The notes: generated from the sequence alone by a model not told the origin. Shown: positions 8,892 to 18,800, numbered from the stretch's first letter. The stretch is DNA of 64,000 nucleotides from a virus (IMGVR_UViG_3300029288_000067:128001-192000), one strand, 5' to 3'. Translations and numbers: made by a program.

Positions 8892-9362
8892 TTACAGTGC
8901 CTCTAAAATTTCGGGGGTTAAGTTCCTCACCTGTTGAATAAAAAAATCAGTGGCAAGTTTCTGTATTTCTTCTGCTCTTATGAAAGAGATATCATCCAAA
9001 GGTTTATTCTCTTCCCCGTCCCGAACAAGTATATCAGAGTCTTCTTCATGCCGTACAAAACCTAAGTAAGTTGTGCAGAACCACATAGATATCGAACCAT
9101 CATCAGAAACAAATTCATTTACAACTTTTTCAACAGATTCCAGATCTTGATTCTTTACGGCATCCTCTAAAACGGGAAACAACCAATCGTATTCATTTTT
9201 GATAAGTTTCGCAAAACTCTTCGCATTGTTTTGGTCTAAATTCTTTTTTTGTTCCGGGGTAATCCGATACTTTGGGGGTCTACCCCGTTTCTTTTTGTAT
9301 AACTCTGATTCGGGCAGAGGTGTTCCAGAGAGTCTTTTAAGTGTAGAGTACTTAGAAATCAT
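8892..9362 (-). CDS. AT-hook-containing protein with MISKYSTL leader
   Basis: KKKRGRPPKYR AT-hook core; ATGA overlap. Confidence 0.65.
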   Translation of the reverse strand: MISKYSTLKRLSGTPLPESELYKKKRGRPPKYRITPEQKKNLDQNNAKSFAKLIKNEYDWLFPVLEDAVKNQDLESVEKVVNEFVSDDGSISMWFCTTYLGFVRHEEDSDILVRDGEENKPLDDISFIRAEEIQKLATDFFIQQVRNLTPEILEAL

Positions 9363-10480
9363 TCCTCATCGTTTCCTTTGCTGAACTCACATTCACTTAC
9401 ATCTGGATCTGCAATCTTCAATTTCCGTAAATCCGGGCGAGGGCAATGTTCTGGATGAGTATGTACAAATTCTCCGTTTTCGCCGTCCGAAATTTTTCGA
9501 GGATAAAAATCTTCCTGTTGTTTTACAACTTCATTATTTTTTCCAGGAGCAACATTCCCAGGATCCGGAGCAAGATCTGAAATATTCTGAAACATGCCCC
9601 CGAAATCTGCTTTTTTAATTTTCCCATTATACATTTTATACTCCCGGAGTTCAGACAAAGGTAAATCGCTGTCCACTTTTTCAAAAGGAATATTCGAGTA
9701 ATAGGTCTTGTTGTTGTTTACTTGAATTCCAATAGACAGATCAAAAGCCGCATCCTCATAAATCTGAAGAAAAGCTTTCCGAATTTTCCCAAGTTTGGTG
9801 GAATCAATGGAAGCAACTTCCACTTGATCCTGTGCAATTCGGATAGCATCCAGTTCTTCTAAAGCATAGGTTCGGAACCGACTGGAAGAATTGTACAAAT
9901 TGTCAAGGGTTTCAGGATCAACATCAGGATCAGACTCCAACAAATTCCGAACAACTTCAACATGTCCCGCTTCCGAAGCATCATACAGTTTATTATTTAT
10001 GAACCAATAATCGTGTTGTTCTGCTTTTTTTTTAATTTTAGAGTAACGCTGAATCATTTGTTCTTTTCCAGTCCATCTTAAAAATTCTTCCATACTTCCG
10101 GAAAAGAATACATTATTCACATCTGCATTTACTTTCCCAAAATATTGAGAAAACACTTTTCCCACATTTTGTTTTACAGTAGACAAATCCCCAGCAGCTT
10201 CGATATTAAGTGCATTTCTATGCCCTTCCTGTGCTTCGGCAATTCTTATCCACCCAAACTTTAACAAATATTTTAATGCAGATCCCCAAATATACTCATC
10301 ATTTTTATGCTTGAAAAAGTCTTGAAATAAATTCTTTTCTTTCAAGATTTGCATTGCCAATTCGGAATGGGTCTCATTCGTTCCAAAGTCCACAAATTGA
10401 CCCTCTGGGGAAATAAAACCTTGACTTAGTTTGTTGGAGATTCTTCTCAATTTGTGCAGGCGGGTTATTTTAGCAATCAT
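9359..10480 (-). CDS. two-domain hypothetical protein with degenerate N-terminal leader and internal MIQRYSKI leader
   Basis: N-domain paralogous to the 4777..5907 N-domain (GFISPEG..H..GWIRI..FLRWTG); in-frame internal ATG at 10057. Confidence 0.75.
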   Translation of the reverse strand: MIAKITRLHKLRRISNKLSQGFISPEGQFVDFGTNETHSELAMQILKEKNLFQDFFKHKNDEYIWGSALKYLLKFGWIRIAEAQEGHRNALNIEAAGDLSTVKQNVGKVFSQYFGKVNADVNNVFFSGSMEEFLRWTGKEQMIQRYSKIKKKAEQHDYWFINNKLYDASEAGHVEVVRNLLESDPDVDPETLDNLYNSSSRFRTYALEELDAIRIAQDQVEVASIDSTKLGKIRKAFLQIYEDAAFDLSIGIQVNNNKTYYSNIPFEKVDSDLPLSELREYKMYNGKIKKADFGGMFQNISDLAPDPGNVAPGKNNEVVKQQEDFYPRKISDGENGEFVHTHPEHCPRPDLRKLKIADPDVSECEFSKGNDEE

Positions 10481-12096
10481 ACATTCCCCGGATAAATTTC
10501 ATAGGTTTGTCCCGTAGTTCCAAAAATATCTGCATCCAGAGTCAGTTGGGTGTTGGAATCAATAGAAACGATCTTAGCAGATCTCAATGCTTCTGGATTA
10601 GAAATTAAGCTACCTACTTGAATTGGGAGCATTGTAAACATTGCAGTGCTATCGATCAATTTCTTAGTCTGCAATTCAGTGTTTGTTGATTTTGACAAAT
10701 AACTCCAATATCCATTGTTGTCCGGGGAAATTGCTACTACATAGTCTTTAACAGCGGTAACAATAACGGACAATGAGATGAGCTTCAAGTATTCATTATA
10801 TGCAAATGTTTTATCGGAAACAGGTCTTTCGGAGTAAACACGGATAACCCCGGATATTTTTGAAACCTCGGAAGTAATTTGCCCTACGTGAAAAGTTGTG
10901 CCCAATTTCATTGTGTTTGTTGCAATGGTTTCTTTTATTGCCGCTTCAATTTCACTTTGTTGCACACCTTCTTCAATGATACAAACCATCTTCATTTCAA
11001 CCCCAATTTTCTTGGGGGGCTGAATGCTCAATTCTTCCCCGACCATTTTATAATCGTCTAAGAAAGCATACATTGCATCTATTTCGGAGATAGATGCGAT
11101 ATGCTCATCATCAAACAAGTATGCAAGCAGAATTGTGCAACATCCAGACTCCATTTTTTTATACCCAGCAGAAATTAAAGACCCGGAATAATTCAAAAAG
11201 ATATAAACATGATCCAAGCCTGTGACCATTCTTCTCTTAGAAGTAAGATATCCTGGGGCTGTTGCCGCCATTTTAGGAATAGTATCTCCAACATATCCGG
11301 GATTCAACACTTGGATGGAGTTAATAGTGCAATCTAGGTTTTTTGTCAGGTTATCAGGAACAAGAGAGGCTACGTCCAAAGGCCCCAAAGTATTAATGTA
11401 ATTGAATTTAACAGCATCATTTACTCGCAACTGAAGTCCAATATACCCATCACCAAAAACAAGAAGAATTCCACCTTGATACGTTTTAATCAATACATTA
11501 TTTGGCAAGAACTCATCTGCATATTTCACTAAAGGATAAGAAGAGGAGTTAATCAACAACTCAAGAGTATCCATAAAGAGATTGTTATCAATACCTGTAT
11601 CCAAAACAAGAATATTTGCAAATTTATCATTTGTTTCTGAAATAAAATCAATAGATTTCCAATCTCCCATCACAAATTCCATTTCATGGGTTCCAGCAGT
11701 AAGTGTTTGTGAACTCAACAATGAAATACTTCTATCTCCATAATAAAAAACGGGAAGAGTTCTATCCCAAAATGCAGAGCTTGTAAGGGTAAAATTAATT
11801 TTCAATCGAGGAGCAGAAACTCTGTTTACAGGATATCCAACAATATTGCAAATATTAATAGCAGAAGTGTACAATTTGCAGGTATCAAGATAAGATTCTC
11901 TTCTTGCTCCAAGAGAGTGGAAGCCCAAAAAAGTACCCAAACCTGAAAGCAACTCAATAGTTGTGGTTCCGGTTCCAGATTCATAAAAATCTTTCCACTT
12001 AGAATAGTCTGGAAGATTTTCAACGTACTGAATTAAGTCCTCTTTTATTCTTTCGTAAGACAAAGAGGCCGGATCGATGATTGTGTACTGTGACAT
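10477..12096 (-). CDS. baseplate wedge subunit (T4 gp6 / P2 gpJ-like)
   Basis: LSYERIKEDL..WKDF..LL..RRESYLDT..GY; FGDG; RMVTGLD motifs; lies after the gp25-like gene. Confidence 0.85.
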   Translation of the reverse strand: MSQYTIIDPASLSYERIKEDLIQYVENLPDYSKWKDFYESGTGTTTIELLSGLGTFLGFHSLGARRESYLDTCKLYTSAINICNIVGYPVNRVSAPRLKINFTLTSSAFWDRTLPVFYYGDRSISLLSSQTLTAGTHEMEFVMGDWKSIDFISETNDKFANILVLDTGIDNNLFMDTLELLINSSSYPLVKYADEFLPNNVLIKTYQGGILLVFGDGYIGLQLRVNDAVKFNYINTLGPLDVASLVPDNLTKNLDCTINSIQVLNPGYVGDTIPKMAATAPGYLTSKRRMVTGLDHVYIFLNYSGSLISAGYKKMESGCCTILLAYLFDDEHIASISEIDAMYAFLDDYKMVGEELSIQPPKKIGVEMKMVCIIEEGVQQSEIEAAIKETIATNTMKLGTTFHVGQITSEVSKISGVIRVYSERPVSDKTFAYNEYLKLISLSVIVTAVKDYVVAISPDNNGYWSYLSKSTNTELQTKKLIDSTAMFTMLPIQVGSLISNPEALRSAKIVSIDSNTQLTLDADIFGTTGQTYEIYPGNV

Positions 12097-12112
12097 TTAT
12101 AAATCCTTCACA

Positions 12113-12493
12113 TCATGTGTTTCTTCTCAAAATCCCACCAAATACATAGAAATTATTGGAATCTAAGCCTTTAACAGAGAATGTTAAAGACACATTGTAC
12201 AAATATTTCTCATAGTCCGGAGTAACATATGATCGACTGTAATCAATTGTAACCCGGGGCTCCCATCGCTGAATTGCGACCACAACGGCATCGTAGATAG
12301 CTTTTGCGGTTAACTCATCTAAAGGCTCAAATAACAAATCTTCAATCTCGGATCCAAATTCCGGGAGGAACAACCTTGTATTTTTTCTCGTGGAAAGGAT
12401 ATTGGAAATTGATTGATAAATACTGTCAAGATCTCTTACAAGAGGATCTTGTGTTGGTGCGGTCTGATTAAAATCTGAATATAAGGGTGCCAT
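12113..12493 (-). CDS. baseplate wedge / sheath initiator, gp25-like
   Basis: YSDF..SIYQSISNILST..RLFLPEFGS..LLFEP..AIQRWEPRV; start re-called to MAPLYSDF. Confidence 0.9.
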   Translation of the reverse strand: MAPLYSDFNQTAPTQDPLVRDLDSIYQSISNILSTRKNTRLFLPEFGSEIEDLLFEPLDELTAKAIYDAVVVAIQRWEPRVTIDYSRSYVTPDYEKYLYNVSLTFSVKGLDSNNFYVFGGILRRNT

Positions 12494-12537
12494 ATTTATA
12501 CCGAAAAAAACACGAAAATATTTTTCGGTATTATTGA

Positions 12538-12798
12538 TTAATTGGCAAAAGTATCCGGGGATGCTGCGATAATTTTCCCCCCACAAGCAGAGGCATCTCC
12601 AATTCTACACACTCTCATTCCTTCGCGGTATACATCCGGGGAAGCCTCTACCATAGGATTCGGTCCATGATACGGACACATATGTATTGCCCCGACCGTA
12701 TTTACAAGTTTACCATTGACATATGTGTGAGTGGTTATTGCAATTACAACACCACCATGGTCAGTAGGATCTCCACTTCTGGAAATTGGAATAGACAT
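12538..12798 (-). CDS. PAAR-repeat spike tip protein (gp5.4-like)
   Basis: ISRSGDPTDHGG..VNGK..CPYHG..VCRIGD..CG. Confidence 0.85.
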   Translation of the reverse strand: MSIPISRSGDPTDHGGVVIAITTHTYVNGKLVNTVGAIHMCPYHGPNPMVEASPDVYREGMRVCRIGDASACGGKIIAASPDTFAN

Positions 12799-12799
12799 A

Positions 12800-13675
12800 T
12801 TATTTTCCTATCTTATCTGCAACTTCAGTCAACCGTGCTTGAATATTTTGTGCTTGTCGATTTAGGTCTGTAATTGTCGTATTAATTGAATCGATTGCCC
12901 CTTGTAATGCGGAATATTCAGAGGGTGTTGGGAGGGCTCCCGGGGATAATCCACTGTTTTCATGAATTTGTGGGGCATCCATTGTGATATCTGCATTCGA
13001 CCGAATACTCACTCTACCAGGGGCAGAAATATTCACACCCCCACCACCCCCAGTAATCCCATATCCATTATTGGCATTCAAATACATTGTATTACCACAA
13101 TTCTGAATATGGTTAATTCCAGAAGAGATAATCGTAGAGGCTCCAACTTGAATTTGTAACTCAGAACCAACTTGGAGGGTTACATTCTTGGGAATAGAGA
13201 TTGTCAGGTTTCCCGCACCGTCAAACTTTACGTGATGCCCAACAAAAGATGAGAAGAACTCAAAAAATTTACTTTCCTTATTTATTTTGAACCAATGCCC
13301 AGCAGAATCTATTGTCCCGTAACTATTGGGATAATCTTCGTCAAAAGGCTCTTGCGGGGCAGTCAGAGAGTTTTGTCTTCTACCACCATAGTAGGGATGA
13401 TACGGATCATTTGTAGGCCAGGAAACAAGAACTTCTGACCCAATTTCAGGAACAGCAAAGAATGAGGAGTCTGGTTTCCCCCCAAGAGAAGAATCGGCAT
13501 TTTGAAATGCCCAAGGAAGTTTACTTACATCTGCATCTTCATAAACACCCTTCACATACACTTTTACCCGAAGAAGTTTTCTCGGGTCATTATTATCAAC
13601 AACTCTTCCAACTTGTTGAGTTTTAAGAAGGTTTACGGATTTTGAATCTTTTGTTGTTGTGAATTTAGTAAGCAT
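12800..13675 (-). CDS. baseplate central spike (gp5/VgrG-like OB fold plus beta-helix, no lysozyme domain)
   Basis: GRVVDNNDP..RVKV..LPWA..VPEIGSEVLV..PYY; C-terminal beta-helix-like repeats. Confidence 0.85.
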   Translation of the reverse strand: MLTKFTTTKDSKSVNLLKTQQVGRVVDNNDPRKLLRVKVYVKGVYEDADVSKLPWAFQNADSSLGGKPDSSFFAVPEIGSEVLVSWPTNDPYHPYYGGRRQNSLTAPQEPFDEDYPNSYGTIDSAGHWFKINKESKFFEFFSSFVGHHVKFDGAGNLTISIPKNVTLQVGSELQIQVGASTIISSGINHIQNCGNTMYLNANNGYGITGGGGGVNISAPGRVSIRSNADITMDAPQIHENSGLSPGALPTPSEYSALQGAIDSINTTITDLNRQAQNIQARLTEVADKIGK

Positions 13676-14805
13676 TAATCAATCCTAGAACTATTCGGGG
13701 CTTCTCTCACAAACTCAACTTGTGTCTTGAATTGTCTTCGTTCAATCATACGAGATACTTTTGTTACTACATAAAGCCCAGTATATGTTTCCACCGCAAA
13801 TTTTCTGTTGGATTTTGTATCCTCTTCCTTGAAGAAGATAAGATCCAGGGGGTGTATTTTCTTGAACTTCTCAATAAAAGTGACAATTAATTTTACGGTT
13901 GAAAAACCAAACAAATGTACTGAGTTTTGAATTCGAGCTTTCCAAAAATTCTTATGCACATTGTCAAGAGATTGGTAAGAATGATCGTCGTATCTCGGGG
14001 AAATATCCTTAGAAGTAATTGTTTTTTCCGACAAGGAGAACGTTGGACTTGCCGGGTTTTGTTCCAAGAGGGTAAAGGTGCCATCTTCCAGGTTTGCTAT
14101 CACTTTCTTTTTTCCATACGCGGAAACTTGATTCAAAAAAGTAGAGGCAGTTTTTACTTCATAGGGGGCTTCATAAAGAATATCTTTTGAATCTTTTTCT
14201 TCATTTGTGAATCTCCAAGAAAAAGAATCTTTTGCAAGGGCTTTTATATCCCGCAATCGAAATTCCCCGGTCATTGTGATAGCTGCAGCCATGAAAGAAT
14301 CTGGGATATAGGAATGCATCCAAACTTGTGTTACAAAGTTTCTATCCGTGATATTCGTTTGTATCCAATGCATGGAATCATTTGGGGAAGCATTTGTGGA
14401 AAAAGTAAAATAAGGAGAAACAATATTTTTTATTGTTGTGGTTGAAATATTCTTATCAGAAATAGAAACCTTTCTATCCGTCAAGTATTTCAAAGCATGA
14501 TACAACCCAACAATACGAACTGCAAATTTGTTTTCCCCTACTTTTGTAGGTTGCACTTTCATTGGAATTAATACAGAATCTTCCAACTCATTCAAAGTCT
14601 TTCCCATGGTAACTGTTAAAACATTGCCCTCATTCAGGTATTTAATAATTTTTTCTTCATCAATCTCAAAAATAAGCTCAAAAGTTGGCAAGATATTTCC
14701 AGTCTCTTCAACTATTTTGAAAATATGCAATTGTTCTTCCGTTAAAAAATCTTTAAACCCAGCAACGGAAAAAGAAGCTCTATATTGTCCTTCAACACCA
14801 ATCAT
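13675..14805 (-). CDS. baseplate hub protein (gp27-like)
   Basis: Position between gp53-like and gp5-like genes; C-terminal YTGLYVVTKVSR motif. Confidence 0.55.
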   Translation of the reverse strand: MIGVEGQYRASFSVAGFKDFLTEEQLHIFKIVEETGNILPTFELIFEIDEEKIIKYLNEGNVLTVTMGKTLNELEDSVLIPMKVQPTKVGENKFAVRIVGLYHALKYLTDRKVSISDKNISTTTIKNIVSPYFTFSTNASPNDSMHWIQTNITDRNFVTQVWMHSYIPDSFMAAAITMTGEFRLRDIKALAKDSFSWRFTNEEKDSKDILYEAPYEVKTASTFLNQVSAYGKKKVIANLEDGTFTLLEQNPASPTFSLSEKTITSKDISPRYDDHSYQSLDNVHKNFWKARIQNSVHLFGFSTVKLIVTFIEKFKKIHPLDLIFFKEEDTKSNRKFAVETYTGLYVVTKVSRMIERRQFKTQVEFVREAPNSSRID

Positions 14806-15176
14806 TACAGAACTCCAGTTATTGTCGTATTTCTTTGCAAAGCATTCAATTGGAAATAAACCTCTTCCAAATCTTCAATTCTTGGATAATTTATTGTGTC
14901 CCCCTCTTTCATATCCAAAGGGGTAATATAATCATTATACAGCATTAAAATATACCAGAAATTGACATCACGATACAAGCGATAAGATAACAAATCCGGG
15001 CGATGCTCTTCCCCCGAAATAGTGGTTGTCCCAAAAACTTCCAATCTTTTAACTTTTGTTGCAAAAAAGGAATCCAAAAGATCATAGACATTTGAAGTCA
15101 TTTGCACAAACTTCTGCAAATCGTAGCGGTCTTTGAAATCCTCTTTATTGAGTAGTGGTAAATTAATAAAAAACAT
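14805..15176 (-). CDS. baseplate wedge gp53-like (LysM-like) protein
   Basis: RPDLLSYRLYRDVNFWYILMLYN..GDTINYP. Confidence 0.8.
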   Translation of the reverse strand: MFFINLPLLNKEDFKDRYDLQKFVQMTSNVYDLLDSFFATKVKRLEVFGTTTISGEEHRPDLLSYRLYRDVNFWYILMLYNDYITPLDMKEGDTINYPRIEDLEEVYFQLNALQRNTTITGVL

Positions 15177-15180
15177 GCAA

Positions 15181-15885
15181 TTACTCTACTGTAGTTGTGA
15201 TGTTAGGTTTCTTAAAAAAGGTCACAATTTCATCGGCAAATAATGCTTTATAAGCTAAGAATGTTACGGAACCTTCTGCATACAAAGGGAGTCCACCACT
15301 GATAATTTCTTTAGAAATGCTGAAATCCACATTTTCAATCAAAAAAAGAGGGGGAGTTTCAAACCATCTCCCAATGCTCAAAGAAATCAATGTTTCCGGC
15401 TTTGTGTCATAATAATTTGGAGCAATCATTGTAAGTCCGGTGCTATCTTTTATTGGATGACAGCACCGCATCAATATCTTTACAGGACCCGTGACATCCA
15501 CATCTCTTTTTGTGGCATAAAAAGCTAATCGGAGAGTAAAAGAGAGTTTCTTGTGATTTTCCCATGTAGAAATTGTAGAATGCACTGTTCGTATTTGTCT
15601 TTGTGCAAAATTGGGGTTTGACCCATAATTTCTTGCTCCCAAGCCAACAGCAATATTCCATGCTTTACTTCCCGCTTCTGCCGCTCCCGCAGCAGGACCA
15701 AAAACAGCAGATCCCGGATCAGTATATCCAGCATGTGCCGAAAAATTAGTATTTTCAACAATTTCAGCCTCAAGAACTCCTCGGGCAGAGCCCAAGGATC
15801 CAGTCATTGCAAATCCGGGTAATCCAATTAAAATTTTGGAGTTGGGATTATTTTTAAGTTCATTCAAAAAAAGATTTACTGGCAT
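15181..15885 (-). CDS. baseplate/tail-tube junction protein (gp48-like)
   Basis: Position after the tape measure gene; tube-like fold features (SFTLRLAF..IENVDFS..GLPLYAEGSVTF). Confidence 0.45.
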   Translation of the reverse strand: MPVNLFLNELKNNPNSKILIGLPGFAMTGSLGSARGVLEAEIVENTNFSAHAGYTDPGSAVFGPAAGAAEAGSKAWNIAVGLGARNYGSNPNFAQRQIRTVHSTISTWENHKKLSFTLRLAFYATKRDVDVTGPVKILMRCCHPIKDSTGLTMIAPNYYDTKPETLISLSIGRWFETPPLFLIENVDFSISKEIISGGLPLYAEGSVTFLAYKALFADEIVTFFKKPNITTTVE

Positions 15886-15894
15886 AATTTTTCC

Positions 15895-18800
15895 TTATCC
15901 CACTTGCGAATCATTGTTACAGGCATTTGCAAGAAACAAATCATAATCTTCAATTTTAAAAGATTCCTTGCTCGACGGTGTAGATCCTTCCGATTGTGCA
16001 ACATTATTATTTGCCGGAGGAATATTCACAGGAGGATTCAAAGCAGGCAAAGGAGCCGCAGTAGGAGCCATTTGTTTTACCGGGGCAGAAGACCCTTTTG
16101 TTTTTTTATTTCCCCACATAGGACTGTAAGAATACTTAGCGGTTTCTCCACCACCTTCCCAAATATCTATATTTCCCCCTGTGAAGCCTTTCAGGGTGTT
16201 TAAAGTTCCACCCATTAATGTTTCAAAATTTTCACCTTTAGAAATTCTATCCGCCATTTGTGGAATACCCAAAGCTTCGGAAGCTTGAGACATCCCTTCA
16301 GACGCAGTATTCATTGCACTCCCCAGCATTCCAGAAAGACCACTTGCCGCACCACCAATACTAGCCATACTTGGCATAGAGTTCATTACTGAACCCATTG
16401 CCCCCCCACCCACCCCCATAGAGGGTGAGGGAATATTCCCCAAATTATGACTTGCAGATCTTTTACCCTTTACTTCCCCAATAGAAAAATGCATCGGATC
16501 TTTTGTCCGTGTAAAATTCATTCCCCAGTCAATTCCATATTTTGCAGCAATTTGCCCAACATTGGCGGGTAAATCTGTTTTTGTAGAACCATTGGGATTA
16601 GAGCTTTCATTTATATCAATAGCGGCACCAAAAGAATGATAGCTTAATTTACTAGGATCATTCACATTTGCTCTATAGTTATATCCCCCCAATTGCTTTA
16701 TTACATATCCCGTTGATTCCAATTCATTGATAAATCCCTGAAAATTTGCAGCATACTTAGAAGAAACACTTACAGTCTTACCACTTTTTGTTCTTATTGT
16801 TGCCAATCCTTCAGGAACACCTCTTGCAGGTTTTCCACCGCTGGTTTTTTTCGTAGGGATAGATGGTGATGGAGCAGAAGAACTTACTGCCGCCGATGTT
16901 CCAGTGCCCGCAGATGCTCCTGCAATTACCCCACCCCCGCCGAATTGATTTGTTAACTTTTGAACATTTTCCGGCCAATATTGATTTAAATTTTTAGGGT
17001 CATTTGCTGCCCCAACAGGAGCATACTTTTTCGCAACACTTTCGATTGTTGTTCTACCCTTTTCAATATAATTATTTTTCAAATTTTTTGCAGTGTATTC
17101 AATACCTTCTTCAATTGTCTTAAACATTTTGAATTCGGTATTGTTTTTTCCCTTACCAGACATTGTTCCAGAGGGATTGTTGTATTTTTTTAATGCTTCG
17201 GATTCTCCCCAACCGGATTCATGAACCAAAATACTTGCCAAAAATGCCGGGTTGATTCCATATTTTTGAGCAACTTTTTCAACAATCCCCCCTTTTCCTA
17301 ACAAAGCGGATTGGGAGTGTTTCTTTTTGTGGAAAAGATTATCGAAATCTTTCTCAAAATCATCACTCAAGACAGATTGTGTGAGTTGATGATCATTGGG
17401 AATTACTTGTCCGGGTTGTCCAAATTTTACAAGCTCCGGACCCTTTTCCCCCACCAACATTGTTTGATTAGCTTCAAATTCTCCTCCGGCTGCAAATCCA
17501 GGTATATTCATGGTTCCTGAAGAATTACTTGGTTCTGGAATAGAAAATGTATCCGAAGACGGGGTTGAAGTTGGCATAGGAATTGGGGCAACAGGACTTC
17601 TTTTTGTTGTTTCTGGATTTACGAAGGGTAATGGATGTTCTTCATTTATTTTTGCTGCAGGTTGAAGGGCATTAATATCATTTTGTTTAAAGCCCCCTTT
17701 ATCCAACAACTTAATTTGTTCGTTGGTATACCCTTTTTCTCTTAGTTCTTTTCTCTTCTCATGCTTTTTCTGTTCAACAAAATACCCAGTACGTTCAACT
17801 TCAGTTTCATTTCCTTCCTGGGTTAAAGCATCTTTTTCCAATCCGGAGGACATGCCCAACAAATCTTTGTATTTGTTGTAAACCACGTATACTTCTGCAG
17901 CCAATAAGGCAAAAGGTGCCGCAGCTTTTGCAATTCCGGCTGCTGCCGTTCCCATAGACGTGATAATGGGTAATGCTGCCCGGGTAAATCTGCCTGCCAT
18001 TGCGGTTAACCCCAAAGCAATAGATAATGCTCCGGAAGAAGCTGCCGCAGTTATTCCTCCGGCACCCATCACCATTGCCCCGGTAATTGCAGCAAAGCCC
18101 ACGGACATCCCTGTTGCTTTCAGGGGATTATCAATGACCCAGTTGAAGCTTTCTTTGAAGTTATCCATCAATTGCTCAATCGATGTTGGAACAATTGCTT
18201 TTATTGTGTTTACAAAATTGATGGTGAGGTCATCTTGAGCTTCCCGCACCATTGCTTCTCGCATGGCCTGAGTTTTTGATGCCTGTGCAATTGCATCCGC
18301 AGAGGACATTTGCCCCGCTTGTACTTTTGCTATTAGATCTCGATTTTTCTTGGAGTACGCTTCATCTGCCTCTGCGTCTCTTTTAGCTCTTTCGATATCA
18401 TTTTTATGGATATCTGCTAATTCATCGTAGATCTCTTTCAATTTTGCTGCAGTAAGACCAACGGTTACCGCCAAACCTCCTATTGTTAAAAGAGTTGGCA
18501 AAGCATTTGTGAGTGCCGTAGTAAAACCAGCAATACCCCCACCCAATCCCAGCATATTTCCGAGACCACCAAGGCTCCCCATCAAAGTAGATAAGAATCC
18601 TTTTTCTTCTTTCTTTTCTTCCGGGGCCTCTTTTTTATCTCGTAGGGAATCTGCAAGATCATCCATATTGAGATCTTGTCTATCCATTTTTTCTTGCAAT
18701 TTTTGACTGTTTCGGTTATCATCTTCTCTTTTCAATTTGGTAAGGTCTATTAATTCCTTTACCCGATTTTCAAGAGATGTAATGGCAGTTGTTGTATCTG

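Noticed and set aside
1519-10480. Integron-like cassette array or purely DNA-level repeat
   Set aside because: There is no intergenic space for attC-like sites and no integrase in the window; synonymous variation shows the peptide is what is conserved
12800-13675. MLTKFTTTK start of the gp5-like gene as another leader copy
   Set aside because: Only a loose match (no Ser, no Leu at position 8) on a bona fide baseplate protein
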